Shown: positions 10,477 to 25,000 of the stretch, one piece after another
Position numbering within the stretch: position 1 is the stretch's first letter
How the letters are laid out: every line of letters starts with the position of its first letter
Assembly: GCA_001643675.2 (NCBI GenBank)
Contig: LSRY02000023.1
Coordinates: 558,001-622,000, forward strand
From: Monocercomonoides exilis PA203
Lineage: Eukaryota > Protista > Preaxostyla
Direction of reading: 5' to 3'
DNA length: 64,000 nt
The notes under the pieces: generated by a model
What the model saw: the letters and a program-made list of their open reading frames with translations, nothing else
What the model was told of the DNA's origin: nothing
The model's database searches: none
Translations under genes and position numbers: made by a program

Positions 10477-13400
10477 ATGAACGAAAGAAATGCATTACAA
10501 CAAGATTCAATAACAGAATTACTTTCATTACTTCCTTCTTTTGAAGGTATTTAAGACAAATATTTATATTTGTTAAATTTCAATTTATTGTCTTTCAGAT
10601 GGACAATTCTGTCGTTATCCACACATTTCAAAGTTTAAAAAGAAAAAGATAGTTTCAGGTTCGTTTTTATTTTGTCGTTAATTTCCAATATTATTTTATT
10701 AATAAATAATATTTGTTTTTTTTATTTTAATGAACAAGAGCGGCAACTAATTTCAATGAAAGAAGAACTTGAATGGAAAGTTGCTTTGGCAAAGGTTTGG
10801 CTGTGTTTATGCTGGATAAATTTTATTTTATTTTATTTTTTTTTTATGTTCGAAAGGAAAATGGAGATGATCTTGCTGAGAGTTATGCTCGTTTTAATTA
10901 TGGAATGTCGTTGAAAGGAGCAAATGAGCGTGGGCTTGCATTTATCGAGGTTAAGACAGCACATTCAATACTTGAGAGAGTGATGCAATCTTACATGAAA
11001 CAAAATGATCCTCAATCTTCACTGTTATCATCTTTATCTCCAGAAGTTGCTCAAAGTCTTTTGTGTCCAATATCATTAATTCCAGAACATAACATTTTTT
11101 CTGCAACATGTTATTTCGAAGAAGCTGTTTTGAGTGATGGAGAAATGAAAGATACTCCTCTACAGATTGCACTTAGATTGTGCGAAGTGTTTTCTTTGCA
11201 TGCCTTGATTCCTGATGTTCGCCATGAATATGGCGAAAGGTTACTTGCAAAAAACAATTTTAGAATGTCGTTGCAATGCTTTTGCCACGAGTTAAAAGTT
11301 ATCTTCGAGACCGATTCTGCTTCAACCCGCGACAAAACAAACTTCAACAGCTCTATTTCTCATTTCGCTTCTTCATGTTCTGATCCTTCAAACGCCCCAC
11401 AAACATTTGCACTAAACGAATACGGATCAGATCCCTCTGACGTGCCCGAGGCGCTGAACGCAGCACACATCCCTGTCTTCTACTCACCCATCACGTGGCG
11501 GCGTGTATGTGTCTCTCTCACCCGCATTGCGCGCTGCCTGATTGAGCTGGGCGACACAGAGAACGCGAAGGAGGTGCTGGACAGGGCAGAGCGCGTAGCG
11601 CAGCACGACGGCAGAAGAGACGAGCAGCTGGCAGCAGATCTGAGGGCGCTGCGGGAGAGGCTGAAGGAGCTGATTGTGCAGCAGCAGAAGGCGAAACCTC
11701 AAGAGGAGGATGAGGACGAGGAGGAGTTCTGGGACGAAGAGCTGGAGAGAGAGGAGAAAGAGCAGGAAGACACGCAAATCGGCCAGACGCAGTATGCCTT
11801 TGCCACCAGCGACAAGGCACACGAGGCGCTGGACTTGAAAGATTCAGACATTCCCCCGCAGTTTCGCTTGCTCAGCATCGCAGCCTCAAAAGACGGAATC
11901 AAAACAAGCTCTTCTTCTTCCTCTTCATCATCTTCCTCTTCCTCTGCCTCCAACAGCCTCCCTTCCTCTCTGTTTGCGCAGACCATTTCCTTCCAAAAGG
12001 AGCCAGCGCCTTCCATTCCCCTCGACACAACCATCCCTCAATACCGTTCCTTGCAGCCGTGCAGCTCCTCTTCCATCGTCTCTTTCCTCCGCTGGTGCCT
12101 GCTGAAGCACAAACCTTCTGTCTCAGCCTTCATCAGCGTCTGCCTCCGCAAACACTGCATTGAAGAGCTTGCATCAGCTGTTACGCATCACTTACAGGGG
12201 CAGCAGACAACATCGCCTTCTGGTTCTTCTTCGTCTTCTGTTTCTTCTTCATCATCCTCTTCTTCATCTTCATCTTCCTCTTTCACTTTCTCTTCCTTTT
12301 CATCGAATGGCATGTCTGATTTTGCATCTATTCATCCTTCTTCTGGCTTTGCTTCAAGTATGTCTCCATCCTCAAATACTTCCATTGAACCTTCTTCTTC
12401 CAATCCAAATTCTTCTTCTTCTTCCTCCTCCTCCTCTACCTCTTCGTCTCCTTCCTCCTCCTCTTCCTTTCCTTCTCTTGCCCTCTCTCTCCCTTCTCTT
12501 GTGCGCTGGGCGCAGATGGTGTATCTCGTATCTGAGCATCTGCTTCACAAAGAATCCTTCACCCTTTGTTGGACGTTGTTTGCGTCTTATTTCGGATCGC
12601 TCTGGTCGATTCGCCATGCCATCACGTTGGATGACGACACACTGGCTGCGATGGCTGCGAAGGTGAATGTGGAGGCTGTGTGTGGGGTGTTGAGAGGAGG
12701 AGGAAGAGAAAGAGAAGAAAGAGAAGGAGGTGGAAGAGGAGGAGGAGGAGAAGATGATGATGATTGGAGAATGGAGATGAAGAAGGAGAAGGGGGAGAAG
12801 ATGGAGAAAGAGGGGAAGAAGAGTAAGAAGAGAAAGAAGGAGAAGACGAGCAAAGGAAAGTTCAATGACAGAGAGAATCGATCCAGTGACTTTCAGGGAA
12901 GCTTCAACAAACAACTGAAATTCCAAAGTGAAATTGACAAAAGAATTACATTGCCACAAGATCCATCCTCATCATCATCTTCTTCTTCTTTTTCCTCTTC
13001 TCCATTAAATTCTTCTTCTTCTTCTTCTTCTTCTTCCTCCTCATCGTTATCATCCGCAAGTGGGTGTGAATACGAGATCAGCCTCTCCTTCGTGTCCAAG
13101 CTGCGTCTCTTCTCTATCTCCCTCCGCATCCTGCGCCTCTGCAGCACCATCCTCATCTACTCCAAAGTGAACGACTTCCTCAAAATGGTGCAGGTTTTGC
13201 TCGATATGTGCCCCCTTTTGAGTGATTGGGTGTATCTTGTCGAGGCGATGGCGTTTGCCCACGCTGCTCACACGTTTCCGAACAGCGCAGCGGTTGTTCC
13301 GAGAGTGGTTGTGTCGCTGCTGACGATCCATGACCATGCAACGACGATGTTCAAGGCAGTGGTGAAGACGCTGGCGGCGGCGGAGAGAGGGAGAGGAGAA

Positions 13401-15968
13401 GGAGGAAGAGAAGGAAGAGAAGGAAGAGAAGGAAGAGAAGGAAGAGAAGGAAGAGAAGGAAGAGAAGGAAGAGAAGGAAGAGAAGGAAGAGAAGGAAGAG
13501 AAGGAAGAGAAGGAGAAAGAGGAAGAGAAGGAGGAAGAGAAGGGGAGATGCTGAGTATGGTCGAAGAGGAAGGGAGAGAGAGAGAGAGAGAAAGAGAGAA
13601 AGGAAATGGAAGCGGAAGTGGAGGAGGAAGCATCAATGGAACACCTTTTGTGCAGAGGCAGTTGTATCCTTCTAGCAGCCCTTCAATTCCTACGCTTCTG
13701 CCAAATTCTTCTTCCTCTTCCTCCTCCTCCTCCTCTTCTTCTTATGCTCCTTTCTCTTCTTCTTCTGGCTTTTCAGCATCGCCAGCAACACAAACACACA
13801 GCAATAGTTATTCTGCTTCTTCTTCTTCTTCTTCTTCCTTCCTCCCCTTCTCCTATGCATCTTCGTATTCTCTTTTTCTCCCTTTTTCCATTCATCACCC
13901 CTTTTTGCCTCGTTCTGTGATATCTTCTTCTCTTTTCCCAGTTATTTCTGGAGCCCATCCACCTCTCTGGTGTGACGATGGGGCAATGGAAGTGATAGAG
14001 GAGAGGAGAAGAATAGCAGAACAGAGGAAGAAGGAGAAGGAACATGAAGAGAAGGAGAAGATGGAGAGGATGGAGAAGAAGAAGAAGAAGAAGAAGAAGA
14101 AGGGGAAGGGGAAGGGGAAGAAGAAGAAGAAAGGGAAGAAGATTGGGAAAAGAGGGAAAAGTGGGAAGAAAGGGAAGAGAGAGAAGGAGAAGGAAGAAGG
14201 AAAGAAAACAAGAAGAGGAAAAGAAAGACATGGAAAAAAGAAAGAGAAGAAAGAGAAGAAGAAAGAAGAAAGAGAAGAAGGAGAAAGAAAAGAAAATCAC
14301 AGAAGCAAAAAGAAGAAAACACATGAAAAGCATCATCATCATCATCATCATCATAAAAGTCAAAAATCTCTTCAAAAATTCACAGAAACTCTTCAAATGG
14401 AACAAGAATCAAACAATTTGATAGAAGAAAAGACGAAAATGAAGGAAAACAAGAAAATGAAAGAAAACAATGTGAAGATGAGAAGAGGGAGAACAGAGAA
14501 GAGATTGGCAGATGATGCAATGGATGTGTTAGAGGAAGAGAACGAAAGAAATGAGAAAGAGAAAGAAAAAGAGGAGAAGGAGAAGGAGAAGGAGAAAGAA
14601 AATGAAGGAAAAGGAAAAGAAAAAGAAAAAGAAAAAGGAAAAGAAAAAGGGAAAGAGAAAGAGAAAGAAGAAAACAATGAAGAAGTTATGGAAATGATTA
14701 ACGAAGAATTTGAAAAAATAGATGAAGAAAAAGAAGGAGAAGGAGAAAAAGAAGAAGAAAAAGCAGCAGCAAATGAAGCAAACATCAAAAAAGAAAAACC
14801 AAAAGGAAAGAAAGGCAAACACACAGCATCAACACATTTTATCACTCCTCACACTTCTTCCAAAGCTTCTTCTGTCATTCCTCTTCCTTCTTCTTCTTCT
14901 TCTTCTTCTTCCTCTTCCTCTTCTTCCTCAATCTCTTCTTCCATTTCTTCTTCTATTTCCTCCTCTATATCTTCTTCCTCTATATCTTCTTCTCCTTCCA
15001 TTTCTTCTTCTTCTTCTTCTTCTTCTTCTTCTCCTCTTCAAAAACAGCCAAATCAACAAAGCAACACTCAAATCCGTCCTCCTCCTCCACCCCCTCCTCC
15101 TCCTCCACGTCGAAAGAGAAATAAACAAGCTCAAATGAAAGGGAAGAAAGGAAATGCTTCTTCCAATAATTCCAATGCAACAAATGTGAAACCATCATCA
15201 TCATCATCATCTTCTTCTTCTTCCTCTTCTTCCTCTTCTTCTCCTTCAGAACCCACAACTTTATTACCTTCCTCCTCCTCTTCTTCTTCCCCTTCCTCTT
15301 CCCCTTCATCCTCTTCCTCTTCTTCTTCTTCCTCTCAGCATTCTCTTTCTCTCTCTCTTCTTGTCCCATCTCTTCCAACTCCTCCTTCTCCTCCTCCATT
15401 CACCCCCATCACCCCAATCGCTTCGATCCCTCCTCTTTCTCCTCTTCCTCCTCCTGCCACACCTCTTCCTCCTCTTTCTCCTCTTTCTCCTCTTTCTCCT
15501 CTTTCGCCTTCTGCTCTGTTTTCTTACCAGCAGGAATTGAAGAATGCTATGATTTCTGAACCTACACCTTCTTCTTCTTCTTCTTCTTCCTCTTCCTCCT
15601 CCTCCTCCTCCTCCTCCTCCTCCTCCTCCTCTTCTTCTTCTTCTTCTTCTTCTTCTTCTTCTTCTTCTTCTTCTTCTTCTTCTTCTTCTTCTTCTTCTTC
15701 TTCCTCTTCCTCCTCCTCTTCTTCTTCCTCTTCTTCTTCATCATCTTCATCTTCTACTGAAAATGATGGAGAAAAAGATGATGAGAAAAATGATGTCAGC
15801 ATTCACAATGCAGAAGATCCCACTCTTCCTTCTTTCCCTTCTTCTGCTTCTGCTCCTGCTTCTTCTTCTTCTTCTTCTTCTTCTTCCTCTTCCTCCTCCT
15901 CTTCTTCTTCTTCCAGTTCAATTCACACACCTTCTTATTCTCGTTCACGTTCAACTTCTTTCTCTCTC

Positions 15969-16001
<33 letters not shown>

Positions 16002-19000
16002 TCTTCATCTTCTTCCTCTTCTCCTTCTCCTTCTTCATTTGATGACAGCAACAGATCATCTTCTGTATCTGAGACGGAAGAAAGCTCAATTTCTGATTCA
16101 GATTCAGATTCTGAACAAGTAAATAAACAAGAAAAAGGTAATTTGAAGAAATTTAAAGAGGCAAAAGGAAAGAAATTAGAAAAAAGGAGAAGAAGAGAAA
16201 GAAAGCGAAGATCGAGACATGCAAGTTCATCTTCTTATGGCAGCGACTATTTTTCAGATGAAGATGATGGCAATAAAGAAGAAGAAAGTGAAGAAACTGA
16301 AGAAGAAGAAGAAGAAGAAGAAGAAGAAGAAGGTTTTGATGAAGAAAGCGAAGATAGTGAAGAAGAAGAGGAAGAAGAAGATACATCTCAATTATCAGAA
16401 GATGATGACGACACCTCTTATTCTTCTGAATGCTCTTCTGACGAATCTTCTTCTTCTTATTCCCTTTCTTCTTCTTCTTCTTCTTCTTCTTCTTCTTCTT
16501 CCATTTCTTCTTTTTCAGCCAAACACACAAATAAACACATCACAACTGTCAAATCCAGAGCTTCTCTCTCAATCAACGGTAGATTCGCTTCATCATCCTC
16601 CTCTTCTTCCTCTTCTTCCTCTTCCACTTCATCCTCTTCCGTTTTACTTGGAAAACGCTCTTCTTCTTCTTCTTCTTCCTCTTCCTCTTCCTCTTCCTCC
16701 TCTTCCTCTTCTTTTTCACTAACACCACACACACTTCATCAGTCACCTTCATCTCAGAACACTTCATCCCAATCAACTTCTCTTCCACACCCTTCCATTT
16801 CATCCTCATCCTCCTCCTCCTCTTCTTCTTCTTCCCCTGCTTCCTCTTCCTCCTTCTCCTCTCTCCCTCCTCTCCTCCACAGCACTTCCTCCTTCCAGCC
16901 TTCCTTCCCATCGCGTGTCTACCTCCCTTCTCTCAATGGAAAGGACATTCAATACCTCAAAATCGTCCTCAACGAAGGCATCACAAACGCCGTCAATGAA
17001 CTTTCCTTCATTCACCTCATCGCCACCTCCCTCGTCTCCCTCCACGCCATCTTGTACGGCCTTTCCCCAATCACATTCAACACCCCGCTTCACAGAAACA
17101 ACATACACGCTATCAACAGCCTCTATTCTTCTTCACTTCACTCGGGAAGCGCTGGCAGTGGAGGCATATCAGCTTCCTCTCTCATGTTAGGCACAGCTTC
17201 TTCTTCCTTTTCGTCTTCTTCCTCTTCTTCTTCATCCTCATCTTCTTCATCTTCCTCTTCTTCCTCATCCTCCTCTGGTTCTTCTTCTTCTTCATCTCTC
17301 TCTTCCTCAGCTGCTGAGTCCTTCTTCTTCGGCATCGGCGGCAGCGCCAGCTCTTCTGTTACTGCAGGCGAGTCAACATTTTCATTCAACGAAGCCTCGC
17401 CTGCTTTTGCTACTTTCTCTTCTATTGACACACCCCCTTTCCACACACACACAGCAGCTGGTGGGATAAACTCAGGAGTGGACGAGAAGAACAGGGCAGA
17501 GTGGGTGGCGAAGACGACAGCAAGCAATAGACACGTAAGGATGATGCGGGACTGGCTGAAGAGGAGGAGGAGAGAAAGGACGAGGGTGAAGAGAGGGGGA
17601 AGCGGAGGAGGAGGAGGAGGAGGAGGAGGAGAGGAGGAGGAGGAGGAGGAGGAGGAGGGAAGTATGGAAAGCAAATGGAAGGAGGGCATAAAAAGGGAAT
17701 GGGTGGAGATAGAGACGTAGATCGAGAAAGAGGAGAAGAGGAAGACGAGGAAGGCGAGGAAGAGGAAGACGATGATGTGGGAACAGCCGATGAAGATGAG
17801 GATGAATGGAGAGGAAAGCTGAAGATCAAAGAATTCTCACATCTCAGAGGCAAACGAGAGCAGAGGAGCAAGTTTCTGCAGATGCTTCAAAGGCAACAGC
17901 ATAACAACAATAACAATAACACAAACACAAATAGAAGCAGGCATGAGCATAGCATCAGCAGCAGGAATGGAGGAGATGGATTCGAAGTTGGAGATGACGA
18001 AGCAACAGACGACAGCAGCGAGTCATCAGAATCGTCACAAACATCAGACTGGTCTTATCACTCTGCAGTTTCTGGATCTTCGTTCTCTTCTCCTTCCTCC
18101 GCCTCTGCCTCTTCAGCTGCCTCTGCCTCACAACAAGCTTCCACTTTCTTTCTGATAGCATCAACAGGACGAGTTGTTCTACCGACAACAGAAGAGATGG
18201 TTTCAATCAAAAGAGAAACTCTGTTTGATGCGCTGCTCCAGCAGATGATGTCACACGCCTCACCTTCTGTTGGGTGGGTGCAGTGGATGCACGAGCTGAT
18301 CACCAAGTCCAATGGGCTGGTGGGCATTTCATCTTCACACAAGAGAAGGAAGAGGAGCAGCACGCCAAGCATTGGCATCCTGTCGTCATTTACTGGGAAG
18401 GACAGCTATTCAGATGCGCTGCAGCTGAGTGCGATGGGCTATGATGGAGAAAAAGGGTGGAAGAGAGGAAACAGAAAGATCTATGGAGAGAATGAGTATG
18501 ACGGGAGAAGAGGAGATGTAGATAACAGCTACAATGATGGATGTGGTGGGATGAATGCACAGATGCGGGGGATAATGGCAGGAGCAGTCAACACCATTGG
18601 AGGAGATGACATGTTGCTATACAACAACAGCAACATCAGTGCAGAAGGTGCGGCAAGAAGAGGAGGAGGTATTCGAAGAGTGTCTGATGGATCATATGGA
18701 GGAGGAGCTGGATATGGCTCTGGATTTGGGGGTGACCAAGGGATGATGATTGACGAAGGGGCAGGAAGGATGAAAGACGGAGCATCTTCTCTTCTGAAGG
18801 ATCAATCAGCAGCACAACGGCACACACATCTGACAACATTAGCACCTGTTTTCTCAGCAGCATTGACAAGGCAGGTGTGGGCAATGCGCGAGAAAGAGCT
18901 GCGGAGACAGAAAGAACGGAGCAAGCAGGCAAAGATGATGGCATCTGATGGCTATTCGAATGCATCCTCTGAAGCACCCACTGTTCGTTTGTGCAGCGTC

Positions 19001-22000
19001 GACAGGGTGTCGAAGTGGGAGCGGAAGAGGAGAGAAAGCTTGATGTCTGCGTCATCCACGATGATGCGTGTGCGGAAGAACTTCCAGTCAATCGCGTTTG
19101 GCGAGGACGAAGGCGGAGACGAGAGAAGCAGAGTGGGCGGGATGGAGAACGACGATGAAGGGATTGACGAAGGGAGTGTGATGAGCCTCGATCGGATGGC
19201 TGATGAGAGAGGGAGGCTCAGCCGGATGCAAAGGATGACAGAGGCAGAGAGATTCAATGTGGTGGATGATGATGAGGAAATGTGGAGGCTGATGAAGAGA
19301 AGGAAGAAGATCTTCAACGATATCGAAAGTGACAGCGCTGACTCATACATCAACGCCAGCAGCAGTGACGAGAACAGCGAGAACAACGACTCATCGAGAA
19401 GATCGCAGCCGGGTTCTGACGGGAGCCTCAGCAGCAACAAGAGCAACCTCCACACACAAAAGCAGAAGACACCGCTGCTTGCGAGGAACAGAGGCAGCTA
19501 CAGCGCAGACTCAGACAGCGAGTGTGGAGACGAGGGCAGTCTATATCAGAACTCAGAATACACCGACAGCAACAGCAGTGGGAATGGAGAAGGGTATGAA
19601 AGCAGCGGAGATGGGGATGAATCAGATGTGGATGAGAACGACGATGATGTTACTGACGAGGATCTTGGCAATGAAGGATGGATGTATGGAATTTCACCTT
19701 CACAAAGGCTGGGCGGAGATCGGAGTGGAATTCCGCTGTCTTCGGGAGAAAGAGGAGGGAGAGACCGAAGAAGAAAGAAAGAGTCAGCTTCGTCTGCTTC
19801 TTCTGGCTCAGCTGCTCCTCTACTCAACCGCATCATCCTCCACAGATGTCTTGTGGAGTCCAACAGACTGAAAGAATTGAAAAGACTTTATACTCTTTTG
19901 CCTGATTCTGAATGCAAAGCAACAATCTCCTTCTGCATTGGACTTACCGCCACTTATCAAAGTGCTGACATTCCGCTCGGAGAAAGTGCGCTTTTTGATG
20001 CTCTTTTGCTTTTGGATGAAGATCCCTCGCCTTTCAACGTTGCTCCCAGACTGTTCACTTACTTGGGAGCAACACTTTTCCTGCGGTATGCCGATGTCTG
20101 CATCGCTGTGGGCAAATATCCATTTGCGCTGGAATCGTTCAAAGCAGCCATCTCGTTCTGTGCCATGAAAGGGATGGACCAAGAGGCGTCGCATCTGTTC
20201 CAGCCTTTGGCCAGAATCTGCGCCTCCCACGAAGACTATCCGCAGGCCATCTTCTTCTACACAAAGCTGATGCGCCACATGTACAACGAGAACTTGGTCA
20301 ATGAAGCACTCTATGTGGACAGGATCCTTGTGGACCTCTGCCGACGCTGCGGGGCATTTGACAAGGCCATCACGTGTTTGGAGGCAGCGGTTGAGGAGTG
20401 TGAGATCAAAGATATTGCACCGTCGGTGAAGCTGTCTTTCCACGTGGAGCTGTGCTGCGCCTACATCAATTTCGGACTTGTGTCACATGGGCTGCGCGTG
20501 CTGGAGGAGACGCACATCGAGGCCTTCCCCATATTCGAAAGGATGGAGGCGTTTTTGAGCATTGCGGATGCGCTTTCCAAGCAGAACAGACACGAAGAGA
20601 CTCTGTTTCTGCTGAAACGGATCGACATTGAAATATCGCTGCTCCCACGAAAGAGCTTTCCCACATTCACCATTCCGAGTGTGTCGCCAGCGCTGTTCCC
20701 AGCTCCTGTGTCGATGCTGAATGTGCAGCCAGCGACGGGCAGAGGCAAAGACGAAGGAAGCAAAGCGAGCGAGAAAGAGTCTTCTCATTCAACACAAAGC
20801 AATGGCCCTTCATTCCAGTTTAGTGGGTTCAACATCTTTGGACAGACGTCTTCTGCATCAGCTGCAGACAACGAAAAGAAAAGAAAGAAAGAAGAAGAAG
20901 AAGCAATCATCAAGGCATCCTCTCCTTTCACTTCTGCTGCAGCCATCTTGTCACGTGTGAAGATCAACTCTGGCACAACACACAGCTCTTTCCGTGAAGC
21001 CACTCAAAAATCTCTGAGATCAATGAAGTTGTCCCGCGCACACGACAGCAGCTCGCCCAACTGGAGCGAACAGGCATATGACAACACGATCAACTCCTTC
21101 TCCACATTTTCCATTCCAACTTTGCCCACTTCAGCTTCTTCCTCATCACCAATCACACTCCCATCCTCAAACTTCCTCCGTTCGAAACAGATCCCCACAT
21201 CCCCTCCTTCTCTCTCTCTTTCCCAGCTCTGCTCAATCACCCAGCGTTTTTCTCAATTAGCTATTCGGGTGTATATGCGGACACAGCAATACCACAAGGC
21301 CCTTGTTTGGATCGACTACGCCATCCGTCGCACGGTCGAGTCTCAGCTGGGCACGCTTGGCTGGCTGTTCTCACAGAGAGGGAAAGTTCTTGCACACTTT
21401 GCAAACACATCCACCACATACTCGCCACACTTTGATCCATACAACGTTGTGTGGGAGGCTGATGACGATGTGATTCCACTGCAGCCTGGGTGGGTGAGGG
21501 TGAACAAGGAATCAGACAGTGGAGGGAGAGATGGAGATGGAGGCGGATCAGGTGGAGGAGCTGGAGGAGGAGGAGATGGAGGAGCGATGGGAGGGTCAGC
21601 ATTGTCTGGAATCACCTCTGGCTCGTCAGGCGATTCGCAGTCGTCCTCACAGGGAAACACGAGGAAGATGAGGAAGAAAGGAGAAAAAGCGCTTGTTCTG
21701 CTGAATGATGAGTTGATTTTGGAGCATTTGAAGATGAAAGAAGGATTGTCGTTCACTTTCAACACTTACGACTATCAGGAGCTTGTTTCTTTGGTTCAGA
21801 CAGCTCTGACAATAACTTCACACAACATCACCACTTACATCTCGAGATCAGCCTTCAGCAAGACAACTAACCCTCCAGCAGATTCACGTGCCTATCAAAA
21901 GCTCTCTTCCTCTTTATCTTCTTCTTCTTCTTCTTCAAACTCACCATTTGAGAATGAAGCACCAACAACCGCACCTAAACACTACAAGTCATCATCAGCG

Positions 22001-25000
22001 TTTCTATTAGCTTCTGTCTTGTCTTATGAAAAAGCACGTGAATACTACACAATCATGGGCGACTCCATCTTAGCCTCCAAAATGGCACTGAAGATGGGCG
22101 AGTCCTTTGTGTCTCGCATGTTTGTGCCTTCTGCTTTCTTCCAGGCAGACATCTCAAATGTCATCGCACTCCCCCCTGCAAATATCGTCCCTGCACTTCC
22201 CAAACCTGCACTGCCAATCAACTGCTTCCCCCACACTTTGTTCGCCTTCCACCCACTTTACAATCCATACGCCAGCTGCTTCGACCGCTCTGCAGAAGAA
22301 GGCGCATCACCACACATGTCAGACTCACTCTCAAACATCATCTTGCCTCAGAACGGAACATCAATGACTTCTGTCACCTTAGCATCGTCGATGGACTCAC
22401 CTTCTTCCACTTTAACCTCCTCTTCTGGTACAAAGACACTCACAGACAGATTCGCTCCTGATTCAGCAACAACATCTTCCGTTGAATCTGCCCTGACAAC
22501 TGCTGCTTTGAACTCCCAGCTGCTTAACTGCAAACCAGGAATGGTGCTTACCTTGATCGACAAGTGGGTCTGCGAAGGACTTGCATCAGCTGTTGCCACA
22601 GTGGATGTGCTGGGCTCATTGGAAGGTTATCTGTCACTTGCAGAGCTGCGCTTCATTCAGAACCGAGTGAAAGAATCGGCTGTGTTCTGGACAGAGGCGA
22701 AGGAGACGTTCTGTCAGCTGTTTCTATCGGGAGCGTCGATGATCTACCCGCGCAATGCATCATCGTCGCTTCTTCAGAAGATTCGGGAGTTTCTAAAGCG
22801 AATTGTGAGATTCTTGTTCTGCTTCAGTGCAGAATTTATCATGAAGAACTTGATTCTGGTGGATGCTTACTTGCAGATGGACATCGACACACGAGATGAC
22901 TATTGCATCTCATTCAATCCAGAAATCTTTTCTCCTTTCACATTCAACCTGTTGGCGTCTCGGATGGTAACACCCTCAAAGAAATCAGCCAAGACAGGGG
23001 CATTGTCTGCTGCTGACACTGTTGTCTCCGTTGCATCCTCAACTGCAGCACGCACTCTTTCTCCAGCACAGACACTCTCACAGGCACTTCGCACATACCA
23101 CCGCCGCCTCCGTCGTTCTGGAAGAGCGACCGAGCTGAATGTGGGGCAGGCAGTGTGGAGCTGGGGCCAGCTGTCGCTCATCAGCAGCACAGGCGGAATG
23201 CTCTTTGGCGGATGGGGCAGCGACGCCAGGGGAGACAAGGGAGTGTCAAGCTCTTCTGCATCGAATGGAGGGAACGGATCAGCAGCTGGTGGGGGATGGG
23301 GAAGTGGGACAGGGATGTCGAGGTTCAGGAAGCCTGCGTTTTTGTCGGAGATGGTCAGCAAGAGACACAACAAGAGGAATCAGAAGGTGCAGTTTCCACA
23401 GCTGGATCATGTGGAAGGACTGTTTCCTCTGCCTGACAACAACGGAGATGAGAAAGAGGATGAAGAGCTGCTGTATCAAGAAGATGAGCTGCTGAGAAGG
23501 CAGAGGCAGATGGAAGATTTCAGGATGCGTTGGACTGACATCATCGTGGACTGGTTTGTAAAGCGGAGAAATGCAAAAAAAGCAGCCGACAACAACTTCA
23601 TCCTGCCTTCGACGATGTCGAAGAAAGAAGCGAAGCAGATGAAGCTGTTGATTCAGGGATCGAAGCAGAACTCGAAAGGAAAGGGAATATCACTCCTGTC
23701 ACAAACACCCACTGGATTAGCTGTTCTGACAGAAGAAGGAGGAAGCGGGAGAAGCAGAGGAGAAGAAGCGAGTGATTGGAGCAATGTTCCCAACCTGAAT
23801 TCGACTGAGAGCGATGACGAAGATGAGATTGATGGCTTGCTGTGGAAGGAAATGACGAGCAGTGTGTATGCAGACGAAGGAGAGCCATTTTACTACGATT
23901 ATGTGGAGGATCCGATTGAAAGAGAGGCACGTGAAAGACGCTTGAAGGAGATGGAGGAGCAGGCGAAAGCGCAGCTTCAGCAGCAGTCACAACAGCAACA
24001 GCAGTATTCTGTTCAGACACAAGTGCTCACACTGAAGGAGAATGGCAGTGCTTCGATTGAGATTGGAAATGGGTTCGGAATCGGAGGAGAAAAAGAAAGA
24101 GAAGAAAGATCAGCATCAAAAGCAGATTCGCAAAGCAAAGCAAACAAATCAAAATCTGTGAATGAAAAACGGCTGCAGATTCACAAACACGAGAAAAGAA
24201 GCTCTAAGCACCATTCAACTTCTGAGAAAAGGAACGAGAAATTCGATTCTCTGCGGTCAAACTCATCAAAAACGTCTTCTGTCACTTCGAGTGACTCTTC
24301 CGAAGTTCAGAAGCACCGCTCATCATCAACCTCTGTTTCCTCCTCCAATCGCACAATGTCCATGTCAACTGCTCCATTCCCTGTTTCTCCGCGGATGAGC
24401 CAGCCTCCTCCGCCTCCGATGCGCCACAAAAGCATCCAGGCAACAACTACATCATCATCTTCTTCATCAACAGCAGCATCAGCAGCACTCAAATCCCATT
24501 CAAAGGAAGACGCCACATCGAAAGACGGAAGCCACAGCAGGGCTTTTGCATCCCCGGTGCGCAACAGCTCTCTTCCTCCCTTCCAGTTGTCACATTCACA
24601 CGCGTCGCTGGCGCCTTCTCCGATTGACACGCTGATGACAGCGACTGTCTCATCTGCTTCATTCACTGACAGAGATGCTCCTTACTCTTCTCCTCTCTTC
24701 AAACGGAATAGGAGAAAAAGAACAGTCAGCGCTGAAAGGTCACAGTCAACAGCAACATTCAAAGGGGCCTCGTCGACAGTGAAGCTGCACAGCAAGAAGA
24801 AAAGAAGTGCTTCTCCTTCTGCGCTGTCCACACACAGCCAGGTCACGCCTCGTTCGCAGCAGATCACCCTCAGCCCTGATAGAGAGTCGATGTTTGAGTC
24901 TGCAGAAAGCAGGGTGATGAGCGAAGAGGAAGAAGACAGAGAAGAAGATAGAGTATCATTCGGAAGGAGAAAGAGGGTGAGGATGGAAAGCGAAGAGATG

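Noticed and set aside
10773-10856. N-terminus MESCFGKGLAVFMLDKFYFILFFFYVRK of the 2315-aa ORF as a signal peptide
   Set aside because: It is out-of-frame exon 3 plus the T-rich intron 10795-10856; the spliced model is phase-consistent.
17604-17720. Programmed -1 ribosomal frameshift
   Set aside because: No convincing slippery heptamer plus downstream structure; a one-base loss in a (GGA)n tract explains the break more simply.
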